From an uncultured candidate division Zixibacteria bacterium (GTDB taxonomy: Bacteria; Zixibacteria; MSB-5A5; UBA10806), in contig CAWDFP010000006.1 of NCBI GenBank assembly GCA_963801605.1, positions 1,056,001-1,120,000 on the forward strand: a stretch of DNA of 64,000 nucleotides, written 5' to 3'. Made by a program: the position numbers and the translations under genes. The notes under the pieces are model-generated. The model worked only from the letters and a program-made list of their open reading frames with translations. It was not told where the DNA came from and made no database searches. Shown here in pieces: positions 10,995 through 21,849 of this stretch (position 1 is its first letter; the number at the start of each line of letters is the position of its first letter).

Positions 10995-11960
10995 TTATCG
11001 CTGAACCTTGCTCAATCTTTCCATATCGCAATCCACCATTATACGGACCATATCTTCGAAAGTCACAGTTGGCTCCCAGTTGAGTGTCGTTTTGGCATGC
11101 GACGGGTCGCCAAGCAACACATCGACCTCTGCGGGACGAACGAATCTGGGATCTGTGACTACATAATCGTTATAATCCAGATCCAGGTGCGAGAAGGCCG
11201 CTTCGCAAAGCTGCCTGACTGAATGATGCCGTCCCGATGCGATCACAAAATTATCGGGTTTATTCTGCTGAAGCATCAACCACATGGCGTTAACATAATC
11301 ACCGGCATACCCCCAATCGCGTTTGGCGTCGAGATTGCCGAGCGATAACTTATCGAGCATCCCAAGCTTAATGCGGGCTGCTCCGTCGGTTACTTTGCGA
11401 GAAACAAATTCCAATCCACGCCTTGGCGATTCATGGTTAAATAGGATTCCGCTGACAGCGAATATGTTATATGATTCACGATAATTGACCGTTATAAAAT
11501 GTCCGTAGACTTTCGCTACTCCATACGGGCTTCTGGGATAAAAAGGAGTCTTCTCGGTTTGCGGCACTTCGGCCACTTTACCGAACATTTCTGATGATGA
11601 AGCTTGATAAAATTTGATCTTGGTATCAACCTGCCTGATCGCTTCCAGCATCCTGGTGACACCGAGGGCGTCAAACTCGCCTGTGAGAATAGGTTGTTTC
11701 CAGGATGTCGGTACGAAGGACTGCGCTGCCAGGTTATAGACTTCATCCGGGCGAACCTCATCGATTAACCGCAGTATCGAAAGCTGATCCAGAAGATCTC
11801 CCTGGATCAATTCCAGCCTGTGACGAATATGGTTGATCCGCTCGAAATTTTCCGTGGAGTTGCGGCGTACCATTCCCCAAACCTCATACCCCTTCTCCAG
11901 CAGAAGCTCCGCTAAATATGATCCATCTTGTCCCGTTATACCGGTAATTATTGCTCGCAT
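10995..11960 (-). CDS. gmd: GDP-mannose 4,6-dehydratase
   Basis: [60 protein letters not shown]. Confidence 0.96.
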   Translation of the reverse strand: MRAIITGITGQDGSYLAELLLEKGYEVWGMVRRNSTENFERINHIRHRLELIQGDLLDQLSILRLIDEVRPDEVYNLAAQSFVPTSWKQPILTGEFDALGVTRMLEAIRQVDTKIKFYQASSSEMFGKVAEVPQTEKTPFYPRSPYGVAKVYGHFITVNYRESYNIFAVSGILFNHESPRRGLEFVSRKVTDGAARIKLGMLDKLSLGNLDAKRDWGYAGDYVNAMWLMLQQNKPDNFVIASGRHHSVRQLCEAAFSHLDLDYNDYVVTDPRFVRPAEVDVLLGDPSHAKTTLNWEPTVTFEDMVRIMVDCDMERLSKVQR

Positions 11961-12164
11961 ATCACCCTTTCGTTACAGCCCGCAAATATAGCGTGCTAAA
12001 TCTAACTGTCAATTGAATATAATTGAATGGCAGACTCATTCGGTAATTGGGATATTGATTCGTTTTATAAGCAAAGGTGGCCGCAGCCGCCGGACGTTCT
12101 TTGAAACTCCTTGCGCTACAATATGTTATAGGTATAAATTAATAATAAAATATTGTTATTTAGC

Positions 12165-12193
12165 TTGAAATTTTACTCCCAAAATGGTATATT
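12165..12193 (+). promoter_or_regulatory. Sigma70-type promoter for DUF721-gyrB
   Basis: TTGAAA...TGG-TATATT (extended -10) upstream of SD AGGAGG at 12255-12260. Confidence 0.55.
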
Positions 12194-12266
12194 TTGTGAC
12201 TGTAAACGAATTAGAGGATGTCCCTTGAATAGGAGGGGGATATACCTCGATTTTAGGAGGTTTGGC

Positions 12267-12554
12267 TTGGCCCGGGAGCCTGAGAAAATCGGCGGACTTA
12301 TTGCGGGATATTTGGATAAGCTCGGTTTTGCCGGCAGGCTCGGTAAACAGGCCGCGGTTTTAAACTGGGCCGAAATAGTCGGCCCGAGGATTGCCCAGGA
12401 GACCCAGGCGCTTCGCATAGATGGCGATGCGCTGGTGGTCAAGGTCAATCAATCGGCCTGGAGGCAACAGCTCTCATTTCTGAAAACGGAGCTATTAGCC
12501 AAATTGGATTCGAAACTTGGTAAGGGATGCATCAAGGACATCCGCTTCATTTGA
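12267..12554 (+). CDS. DUF721/DciA family protein
   Basis: SD AGGAGG then TTG; WAEIVGPRIA..T.AL.IDG..LVV.V...AWRQQL.F; lies directly before gyrB, its usual position. Confidence 0.8.
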   Translation: MAREPEKIGGLIAGYLDKLGFAGRLGKQAAVLNWAEIVGPRIAQETQALRIDGDALVVKVNQSAWRQQLSFLKTELLAKLDSKLGKGCIKDIRFI

Positions 12555-12564
12555 AAGGATCATC

Positions 12565-14522
<1,958 letters not shown>

Positions 14523-14596
14523 ATAGAGACGATAATCGCCGCCGGGTTGAATTAACTGGGGGCAGATTAATGATAAATATTTTAGATTTTTTGTTT

Positions 14597-14644
14597 GTAG
14601 GTCAGGTCGCCCGCGACCTGACTCTTTTAATTTCCTTTTTTTAT
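14597..14644 (+). repeat. GTAG-type REP arm plus T-rich spacer, direct-repeat copy 1
   Basis: GTAG-GTCAGGTCGC-CC-GCGACCTGAC-TCTTTTAATTTCCTTTTTTTAT; 44/48 identical to 15558-15605. Confidence 0.85.
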
Positions 14645-14657
14645 TCTATGAGGTTTT

Positions 14658-15538
14658 ATGAAACAAGGACAAAACCTTGAATGGATTCCGCTAAATTCGG
14701 ATACTAGAAATTTGTTAAATTCGGCAGGATTAATAATGATAGATTACACAATTGGTTTTATGGGTATTGAGACCCAAAATAGAAGGGACAAAAGTATTGA
14801 TGTTGATTCGTGGTTGATTGGTTCAGGCGTATTAATAAACGTTGGTAAAACAAAAGGTATTTTGACGGCTTATCATCTAGTTAATAGTAAAATATTTAAA
14901 AAGGCAAACGCAATTGGTTTAATTTTACATAGAAAAGGCCCACATAGATTTCCTATAACTATAAATTGTGAGGATATAGTTATTATAGCAAAACCAAATT
15001 CGGATGATTTGGGGCCGGATTTAGCTTTTATTAAATTGAAGCAAGACGCTATTGGATCGCTAGAAGCATATGGGAAAGTATTTTGGAATTTGGAAAAAAG
15101 GCGAAACTCGATATTATCATCACCAGTTTCAATTGAAATCGGCGCCTGGGTTTTTTTGGGATATCCCAAAGAAAAGTCGAAGAAGACATTACCTAAAGAG
15201 CAATTTTTAAGTAATACACAGTTAGAGGCCTTGGTTACTTTTGCAGAAATACAGGATGATGGAATTCGCGATGGATTCGATTATTTAAATGCAAGAGTTC
15301 CCTATAATGTTGACCCGCAATCCCAACCAACTTTCAAGGAGTTAGCGGCGGAGGATTATGGCATATTACTTCATTAGATAAAAACGGTGATCAGAAGAAA
15401 CTTAGCGATCCAATTTTATCTGGTATAGCCTATTACCAAACACCCCTAGAAGATGATCAAAGGATTATTAAATGCCATGGAAGACTCAGTCTATATAAAA
15501 AAGTATATGAAGCCATTTTGGGCTTGAATAATTCCTGA
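14658..15538 (+). CDS. AT-rich trypsin-like serine protease (frameshift at ~15333)
   Basis: GSGVLI...ILTAYHLV (His) and DLAFIKL (Asp). Adding one T at ACTTTC gives FQGVSGGGLW (Ser) and an open frame ...GIAYYQ...IKCHG...NNS to TGA 15538. Confidence 0.75.
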
Positions 15539-15557
15539 TTTTTCAATATGCCAGTCC

Positions 15558-16122
15558 GTAGCCCAAGTCGCCTGCGACCTGACTCTTTTAATTTCCTTTT
15601 TTTATATTTGTCAGGTGCCAGGGCACCTGACCTACCAAATTTGATTGTAGGCGGCCAATTTATTTGGCCACATCCTGGTGTCGGCGGATAAACTGCCAAA
15701 CTACTTACGTTCGGTCAGGTCTTAGGCATTTTGCCGTGACCTGACCGTTTTGCGGAGATACGATACCGCCAGGTCTCGGAAACCTAAGACCTGGCGGAAC
15801 CATTTGCGTGACAGCCATCCTCGGCTGCCCGTTCTTGAAAGCCTCGCGTGCATGGTGTACGTCCTCGTGCACCATGCATTAAATGGCCGTAGGGTGCGCT
15901 CCGCGCACCATATTTGTCGGGGTTGGTGCACATAGTGCACCCTACGTCTGGCAACATCGCGTGCAGCGTATATGTCCTCATATACACAGCCTTCTTAAAA
16001 GAAAATTATTTTATTCCTTGCCCGGCAGCCATCCTCGGCTGCCCATTCTTTTTTGGGTGGTGGCGGGGTCTCCGTACCCGCCACCAATCTGACAGCAGTC
16101 AGGTGCGGAGACCTGACCGCAC
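15558..16122. repeat. Cluster of REP/REPIN-like palindromes from several families
   Basis: GTAG...CTAC doublets at 15558-15635, 15647-15704 and 15889-15945; a GTTC...GAAC doublet at 15709-15800; TCCT-loop hairpins at ~15811, 15848, 15968 and 16024; a GGTCTCCG doublet at 16058-16122. Confidence 0.8.
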
Positions 16123-16195
16123 GCGTTATAAATCGTCTCATATTAACGGGCAAAAATTCCTGTTCCCATTATCCCATTTGATTCGTATCCTATAT

Positions 16196-16717
16196 ATGCC
16201 GATGATCGAAGAGTTTCAAATATCAGTCAAACTGACCAAATGGGAGATTGCTACCTATAATTTTCATCATATCCGATGGCTCTTGTGGCTGGATGGTTTC
16301 GGCCTTTGCCTGTTACTGGTGGCCGCCTATTTTTCCTTTACCAGCCCCGATCCTGCGGCCAGGAACAACTTGAGTATCCTGGTTTTTTGGGGAGTTCTAT
16401 TCCTGGCAGTCGGGCTTTCGCAACCGTTTATACTATTTTTGCAGATTTACATTTTCAAAAGCCCGGCGGTGATCGATCAAATGCAACCCAAAATATATAG
16501 ATTCGATGATTTTGGCATTCATATCAAAGTAGATAATCGTAAAGCTACTACTATTTGGTCGAACGTAACTGATGTTAAGGAAATCGACCAACTCTTGCTT
16601 ATATACACCAGCCCCAAGCTGGCCTATATCATTCCCAAGCGCTATTTCTTTTCGAGTGATGAACAAAAGCGGTTTGTCAAAGAGCTTCTCGAACATCTCA
16701 AGATCGAAAAGCCTTGA
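16196..16717 (+). CDS. YcxB family membrane protein
   Basis: Two TM segments, then YRFDDFGIHI...W..V..V.E...LLLIY....AYIIPKR.F. Confidence 0.7.
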   Translation: MPMIEEFQISVKLTKWEIATYNFHHIRWLLWLDGFGLCLLLVAAYFSFTSPDPAARNNLSILVFWGVLFLAVGLSQPFILFLQIYIFKSPAVIDQMQPKIYRFDDFGIHIKVDNRKATTIWSNVTDVKEIDQLLLIYTSPKLAYIIPKRYFFSSDEQKRFVKELLEHLKIEKP

Positions 16718-16807
16718 ATTAAAATTTATTAAAGCCCCTGGAACACTCCTCAAATAAAAAAGGACCGCCAAAGCTGACGGTCCCATAAATTAATTAGTAA
16801 TAATATC

Positions 16808-17419
16808 TTAGAAGATAAATCTGATTCCCAGATATCCCTTTAGAAGATTTTTATCGGATTTCTGCGGATTAATAAATCCCACGAATCGTCCTTCGAGGAA
16901 AGCCATTGTTTTAGGATTGATTTGAGCCTCAACGCCCATCCCGCCACTAAGCTGCCCGAGCGAGTGCAGACCTTTGGATTTCATGCTGACAGTACCGTTA
17001 CTGTCTTCCTCACGCTTGTAATCGAGGAAATATCCGCCAACACCGCCGATAAGATAACCGGAGAAAGCATTGGAGAAATCGATAGCGCGATATCTCTCTA
17101 AGATCGCTACTCCCAATCCGGAGTATTGTTGTTCCCGCAGTTTGGCAGTATAGGGCTGGCCAAAAGAGCTGGTTTGAACCGAATCCCCGCTTTTGGTAAA
17201 TTGAACGCCCCATTTGTCCAGATCAAATTGGGTCGTGAATCTGGAATCGGGATTGGCAAAAGTCAATAAAAGCCCGCCCCCAAGCGCGTTAGAATAATTC
17301 TTACCCGGAATAACGCCTTCGAATTTAGCCCCAACACCAAAATGCCAATAATCAGCACCGGCCGCATATCCGAATGCTATTAATATGATTGCAGCTATGC
17401 TAAAGATTTTTCTCATCAC
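16808..17419 (-). CDS. Outer-membrane beta-barrel protein (OmpA/OmpW-like)
   Basis: Signal peptide, YLIGGVGGYF strand, C-terminal YLGIRFIF. Confidence 0.7.
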   Translation of the reverse strand: MMRKIFSIAAIILIAFGYAAGADYWHFGVGAKFEGVIPGKNYSNALGGGLLLTFANPDSRFTTQFDLDKWGVQFTKSGDSVQTSSFGQPYTAKLREQQYSGLGVAILERYRAIDFSNAFSGYLIGGVGGYFLDYKREEDSNGTVSMKSKGLHSLGQLSGGMGVEAQINPKTMAFLEGRFVGFINPQKSDKNLLKGYLGIRFIF

Positions 17420-17582
17420 TTTCTCCTTCTGCCGCAGTAATATTCTCGCTGCACCTAATATAGTCTCTTAATTTTAAAAGGGCAAGGAACTTGAATGTCC
17501 CTACCGATTATTTCCCGCTCTCGCAGCCCGAGGGTCGGGCTGAACGATGTGAAGATATAAAACCGGGGTTAGATTGTCAATA

Positions 17583-18323
17583 TTAGCCGGATTTCTTTTG
17601 GGTAAGTTTATCCTGTCGGAAAAGCTTCTTGAAAAAGAGCTTCCAGACTCCGAAAACCGCCTCGTAGACAATCTTTTTGGACATTTTGGATGTTCCTGCC
17701 CGCCTATCGATAAATAAGATCGGCATTTCCTTTATCCTGAAACCGCCGCGCCAGACAAAGAAATTCATTTCTATCTGGAATCCATAACCATTCGATTTTA
17801 TTTTCCTCAGGTCCAGCCATTCCAGTACTTCACGTCGGAAGCATTTAAAGCCGCCGGTTGGGTCCTTGATCGGCATTCCGGTTATAACGCGCACATAAAT
17901 CGATGCAAAATAGGAAAGCAGCAGACGGCTCATCGGCCAGTTGACAATCGAGATACCATTTGAGTAACGCGAGCCGATCACGAGATCGTTTTCTTTGATA
18001 TTTTCGCGAAAATCGCTGATATATTTGGGATCATGCGAGAAATCGGCATCCATCTCCATGAGATATCCAATTTGCGGCATGGCTAATCCGAATTTGAAAC
18101 CATCCACATAAGCGGTACCCAGGCCTAATTTACCGGGCCTTTTCAGGATATGTATTCGAGGTTCATTTGGCATCAGGCTTTCCACGATAGCCGCGGTGCC
18201 GTCCGGGGAATTATCGTCAATTATCAGTATCTCAATATCATTTCCCTGGGTCAGGACTTCCTCAATGATATGCCTGATATTTTCTTTTTCATTGTAAGTA
18301 GGAATGCAGACTAGAATATTCAT
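17583..18323 (-). CDS. Polyprenol-monophosphomannose synthase (GT2, Ppm1/DPM1-like)
   Basis: IPTYNEKENI, IDDNSPDGT, GKLGLGTAY, MDADFSHDP, DPTGGFKCFRR, GYGFQIEM. Confidence 0.92.
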   Translation of the reverse strand: MNILVCIPTYNEKENIRHIIEEVLTQGNDIEILIIDDNSPDGTAAIVESLMPNEPRIHILKRPGKLGLGTAYVDGFKFGLAMPQIGYLMEMDADFSHDPKYISDFRENIKENDLVIGSRYSNGISIVNWPMSRLLLSYFASIYVRVITGMPIKDPTGGFKCFRREVLEWLDLRKIKSNGYGFQIEMNFFVWRGGFRIKEMPILFIDRRAGTSKMSKKIVYEAVFGVWKLFFKKLFRQDKLTQKKSG

Positions 18324-19288
18324 CGGACCCTCGGAGATAAAAGATAGACGATGCCTCCTATTGCCACCAGGCTCCAGTAGCTGATGAGGCGATCAGTCAT
18401 TGTTACGGCGGCTGCCAGAGATGTTGACATGCCGGCGGACGATAAAAGTTTCAACATTAAAAATTCAACCAACCCCAACCCCGCAGGCGAAAGAGGTATC
18501 GACATCAGGATGAGCGAAGCTTGAGAAATAAAAAGGGCGACCAAAAATCCGGTTTTCACCCCAAACGCCAAAAATACCAGATATAAGCGCAGTGCTTCGG
18601 ATAGCCAGATCAGCGTAGTCATGGCGGCTATTTTGGGTAGTAGTGACGGCCACTTAAAAATACCGGCGCTGAATAGCTCAATCTTTTCGCGCCATTTCGA
18701 TGGGGCGATTTTCGATATGGCCGGTAAAAAGTATATAGCTGCTATAAAAAATATCACCAGCGCTGTAACGGCAATGAGACCCCATACTATATAACGGCCT
18801 TCCTCGGCGTTCTTCAACGCTCCCCAAAAATAAGAACCGGATAGAACCAGGAGGATAGCCGTAACGGCCAGGTCTAAAATTCGCTCGGAGAAGATTACTC
18901 CCAGCGAGAGCGAAATTGATACGTTGTCGTTTCGTTTGAGAAGATATGCCCGGTATACATCGCCGATTCTGGCCGGAAGGATGGCATTGGCAAACCAGGA
19001 TAAAAAATAATAATGCGAAAGAGGGATATAATTTATCTCGACTCCTGATGGTTTTAAAAGCGCGCTCCAGCGCAGTCCTCGTAATGGCAAAGACGAGTAA
19101 AAAGCAACCGTTGCCAGAATCAGGATCAGAATATTAGCTTTTGAGATATTAGTTAATGCTTCGCTAAGGTTAAAGTTGCGCAAGAATAGGTAGATAACAA
19201 CTGCGGCAATTGCAAAACCCAATAGCGTGCGAAGCTTAAAAATGTTTTCTTTTAACCCGATGGTTTTTCCGGCGATAGTTTCAGTCAA
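18320..19288 (-). CDS. Lysylphosphatidylglycerol synthase TM (flippase-like) membrane protein
   Basis: LRW..LL, NAILPARIGDVYRAY, ERILDL, P.SPAGLG..E, DRLISYW; overlaps the GT2 start. Confidence 0.85.
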   Translation of the reverse strand: MTETIAGKTIGLKENIFKLRTLLGFAIAAVVIYLFLRNFNLSEALTNISKANILILILATVAFYSSLPLRGLRWSALLKPSGVEINYIPLSHYYFLSWFANAILPARIGDVYRAYLLKRNDNVSISLSLGVIFSERILDLAVTAILLVLSGSYFWGALKNAEEGRYIVWGLIAVTALVIFFIAAIYFLPAISKIAPSKWREKIELFSAGIFKWPSLLPKIAAMTTLIWLSEALRLYLVFLAFGVKTGFLVALFISQASLILMSIPLSPAGLGLVEFLMLKLLSSAGMSTSLAAAVTMTDRLISYWSLVAIGGIVYLLSPRVR

Positions 19289-19468
19289 TCAGCTTACCTT
19301 TCTTGCGCTGAATATACTATTGAGGATATTTGTTGGCAACACCATAAGTGCCGATATCATTCAATTCAAGAGAGGTCTGAACAATATGAAAAACGCCAAA
19401 TTCTTAGAACGTTGCTTTCTCACTTTTTGACCATTGCCTTTTTTTACGTCATCGACTACCTTTGGTTC

Positions 19469-20254
19469 GTGAAACGATTTCGTCATCTTCTCTTAGATAT
19501 CGAGGGTACCATCGTACTCGATAAAAAATACACTCCTGTTCCGGGAGCCGTCCCTTGGTTCAATTTACTGGAAGATAGAGGAATTTCCGCTCGTCTGGTT
19601 ACCAATAATACTACAGAGTCTCCGGATAGTTTATATCGAATCCTTACACGAAAAGGATTCCATTTCGGCCGCAACGATTATTACACTTGTCTGACAGAGG
19701 CCATTGTATTGATGAAACGTCGCGGTATTCGCTCCTGCCTGGTTTTGGCCAAAAGCGCCGCTAAGGATTTCCTTAAAAGCGAAGGGATAAAACCGCTCGG
19801 TACGTCCGGAGTCGATGCAGTATTGGTCGGATACGATCCATCTCTAACCTATCACAAAATGAATCTGGCAGTTAAGGCCATCAAAGACAACGGGGCAACT
19901 CTTTTTACATTGAATCGAAATCGTCGTTTTGTAAATGAAAATCGAGAGATCGTCATGTCCGCCGGGCCGATAGCGGCTGCTCTGGAATTCGCATGTATGA
20001 CTCGCGCGATAGTCTGTGGTAAGCCGAGCCGGCGATTTTTTCTCGATTCTATTAAAGGCTGGGATATTGCCCGAGAAAAGATTCTTATGGTCTCGGACGA
20101 TCCCTTTGCCGATCTTATCGGCGCTAAAAAAATCGGTATGTCGACCTGTTGGGTTCTCACGGGATCGATTAAAGACCGCACTCAAATTGACGTAATTCCG
20201 GGAAAATATCGTCCGGATTATATTTATGATAGTGTAATTGAGATGCCTCTATGA
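19469..20254 (+). CDS. HAD-IIA family hydrolase (NagD/LHPP-like)
   Basis: LLDIEGT, LVTNNTT, CGKPS, MVSDD..ADL.GA...GM....V.TG. Confidence 0.85.
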   Translation: MKRFRHLLLDIEGTIVLDKKYTPVPGAVPWFNLLEDRGISARLVTNNTTESPDSLYRILTRKGFHFGRNDYYTCLTEAIVLMKRRGIRSCLVLAKSAAKDFLKSEGIKPLGTSGVDAVLVGYDPSLTYHKMNLAVKAIKDNGATLFTLNRNRRFVNENREIVMSAGPIAAALEFACMTRAIVCGKPSRRFFLDSIKGWDIAREKILMVSDDPFADLIGAKKIGMSTCWVLTGSIKDRTQIDVIPGKYRPDYIYDSVIEMPL

Positions 20255-20284
20255 GCATCCCAAATTATATCGTATATTAAGGAA

Positions 20285-21385
20285 ATGGCTATGCTGCAAC
20301 TTGGAATATTAGGCTTGCCTCTTTCCGGCAAGACAACCGTGTTTAACGCTCTTTCCGGTTCTCATGCCGCGGTGGGCGATTATTCCACATCAAAATCGGC
20401 CAATTTGGCCGTGGTCAAGGTCCCCGATCCGCGATTAGACCGTCTGGTGGAAATATTTCAACCCAAAAAGATCACTCATACAGAGATCGAATATATCGAT
20501 ATCGCCGGCCTGACTCGGGATGCCTCCTCATCAGACAAGAAAAAGGAGGCCGCATACGTGCATTCGCTTCGGCAAACCGACGCTCTTCTTCAGGTAGTAC
20601 GGTGTTTTGAAAATCCCAACGTACCCCATCCCGACGGTTCCATTGATCCCCGCCGCGATATCGCCGAGGTAGACTCAGAGCTTATCCTCGCCGATCTCAT
20701 CGTGGTGGAAAACAGAATCTCCAAGCTTGAGCATCTGATTAAGGTCACCAAAAAGGATCAGGATGTGGTCCACTTGCAGATTCTCCAAAGATGTAAGGAA
20801 ACGCTGGAGCAGGGATTACCACTGCGAATTATTGATTTTACGTCCGATGAAAAAAAGGCGATCGGCGGCTATCGATTTTTAAGCCAGAAACCGATGCTGT
20901 ATCTGCTCAATCTCGATGAGAAACAATGCAGTGACGGGGTGCGCTGGGAAGAAGAATATTCATTTGTTACAACGAATCCTCAAAGCTCGCTTTCGCATAT
21001 CTGCGCCCTGCTGCAAATGGAAATAGCCGGGCTCGACGAGGCTGATCGCGCCGAGTTCATGAAGGACCTGGGGCTTAAGGAACTGGCCTCAGAGACAGTT
21101 ATTAAAAAGTCATTTGATTTGCTGGGATTAATCGTCTTCCTGACCGGAGGAGCTCCCGAAGTACATTCCTGGCCGATACGAAAAGGTATCAATGCCCAGC
21201 TGGCAGCGGGGGAGATTCACTCCGATATTCAAAAAGGGTTTATCAAAGCCGAGGTGGTTTCGTTCGCCGATCTCGACCGGTTGGGAAGCTGGTCTCGTGC
21301 CCGCGACGAGGGCAAACTCAAACTTCAGGGCAAGGAATATATCGTGCAGGATGGCGATGTGATGCTGTTCAGGTTTAATGTTTGA
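20285..21385 (+). CDS. ychF: Redox-regulated ATPase YchF
   Basis: GLPLSGKTT, VPDPRLD, DIAGL, VVRCFE, AAGEIHSDIQKGFIKAEVV, GKEYIVQDGDV.FRFNV. Confidence 0.93.
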   Translation: MAMLQLGILGLPLSGKTTVFNALSGSHAAVGDYSTSKSANLAVVKVPDPRLDRLVEIFQPKKITHTEIEYIDIAGLTRDASSSDKKKEAAYVHSLRQTDALLQVVRCFENPNVPHPDGSIDPRRDIAEVDSELILADLIVVENRISKLEHLIKVTKKDQDVVHLQILQRCKETLEQGLPLRIIDFTSDEKKAIGGYRFLSQKPMLYLLNLDEKQCSDGVRWEEEYSFVTTNPQSSLSHICALLQMEIAGLDEADRAEFMKDLGLKELASETVIKKSFDLLGLIVFLTGGAPEVHSWPIRKGINAQLAAGEIHSDIQKGFIKAEVVSFADLDRLGSWSRARDEGKLKLQGKEYIVQDGDVMLFRFNV

Positions 21386-21499
21386 AATCGAAACCATAAG
21401 CTTAACTCAGGTAATTTTTGCATTGCCAATGAATAACAGTTTAGGTTATATTTTTACATTCAAAGATGTTAATATTATTTTCGGGAGCCTATCTAAGAT

Positions 21500-21805
21500 A
21501 TGATTGAAGAGGGCAAGATTCGATTCAGAACCTTTATTCTGGAGATTAAGAAACGGCCCATTCCCAACAGCTACCTGCTATCTTTTTCGGGTGGCACCGA
21601 AATCGATTCCAGCGGCTGGGAAACCCCGGCAGGCGATCGCAAGAAATTCGAAGGGGATTTCAAATTTATGTGGAACCCGCTTGATGCCCCCTCGAACAAA
21701 AAGGGCGAATATATAGTTAGATTTTCAGCGGATGATAAAATAAAGAAATTTGAGTCGTGGTTTGAAAGTCAAATAAAACAGTACGGCGGCGTACTCGATA
21801 AGTAA
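21500..21805 (+). CDS. Hypothetical protein
   Basis: 101-aa ORF with SD-like GGGAG and natural composition, co-oriented directly upstream of lon. Confidence 0.65.
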   Translation: MIEEGKIRFRTFILEIKKRPIPNSYLLSFSGGTEIDSSGWETPAGDRKKFEGDFKFMWNPLDAPSNKKGEYIVRFSADDKIKKFESWFESQIKQYGGVLDK

Positions 21806-21849
21806 TTAAACGAACAAAATCTGACAACGGAAAATATTGGGGAGGTGCA

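Noticed and set aside
11961..12260. oriC at the strand switch before DUF721-gyrB
   Set aside because: AT-rich, but I found no DnaA-box cluster. The only TTATCCACA noticed (8585-8593) is inside a CDS, and dnaA is absent.
15558..16122. CRISPR array or integron attC array
   Set aside because: The units differ in sequence and length, there are no constant repeats with unique spacers, no consistent RYYYAAC/GTTRRRY ends were seen, and no cas or integrase gene is in the window.
15457..16195. Short ORFs across the palindrome cluster and the 94-codon N-terminal extension of the YcxB ORF
   Set aside because: They are translations of GC-rich palindromes with no SD or protein-like features.
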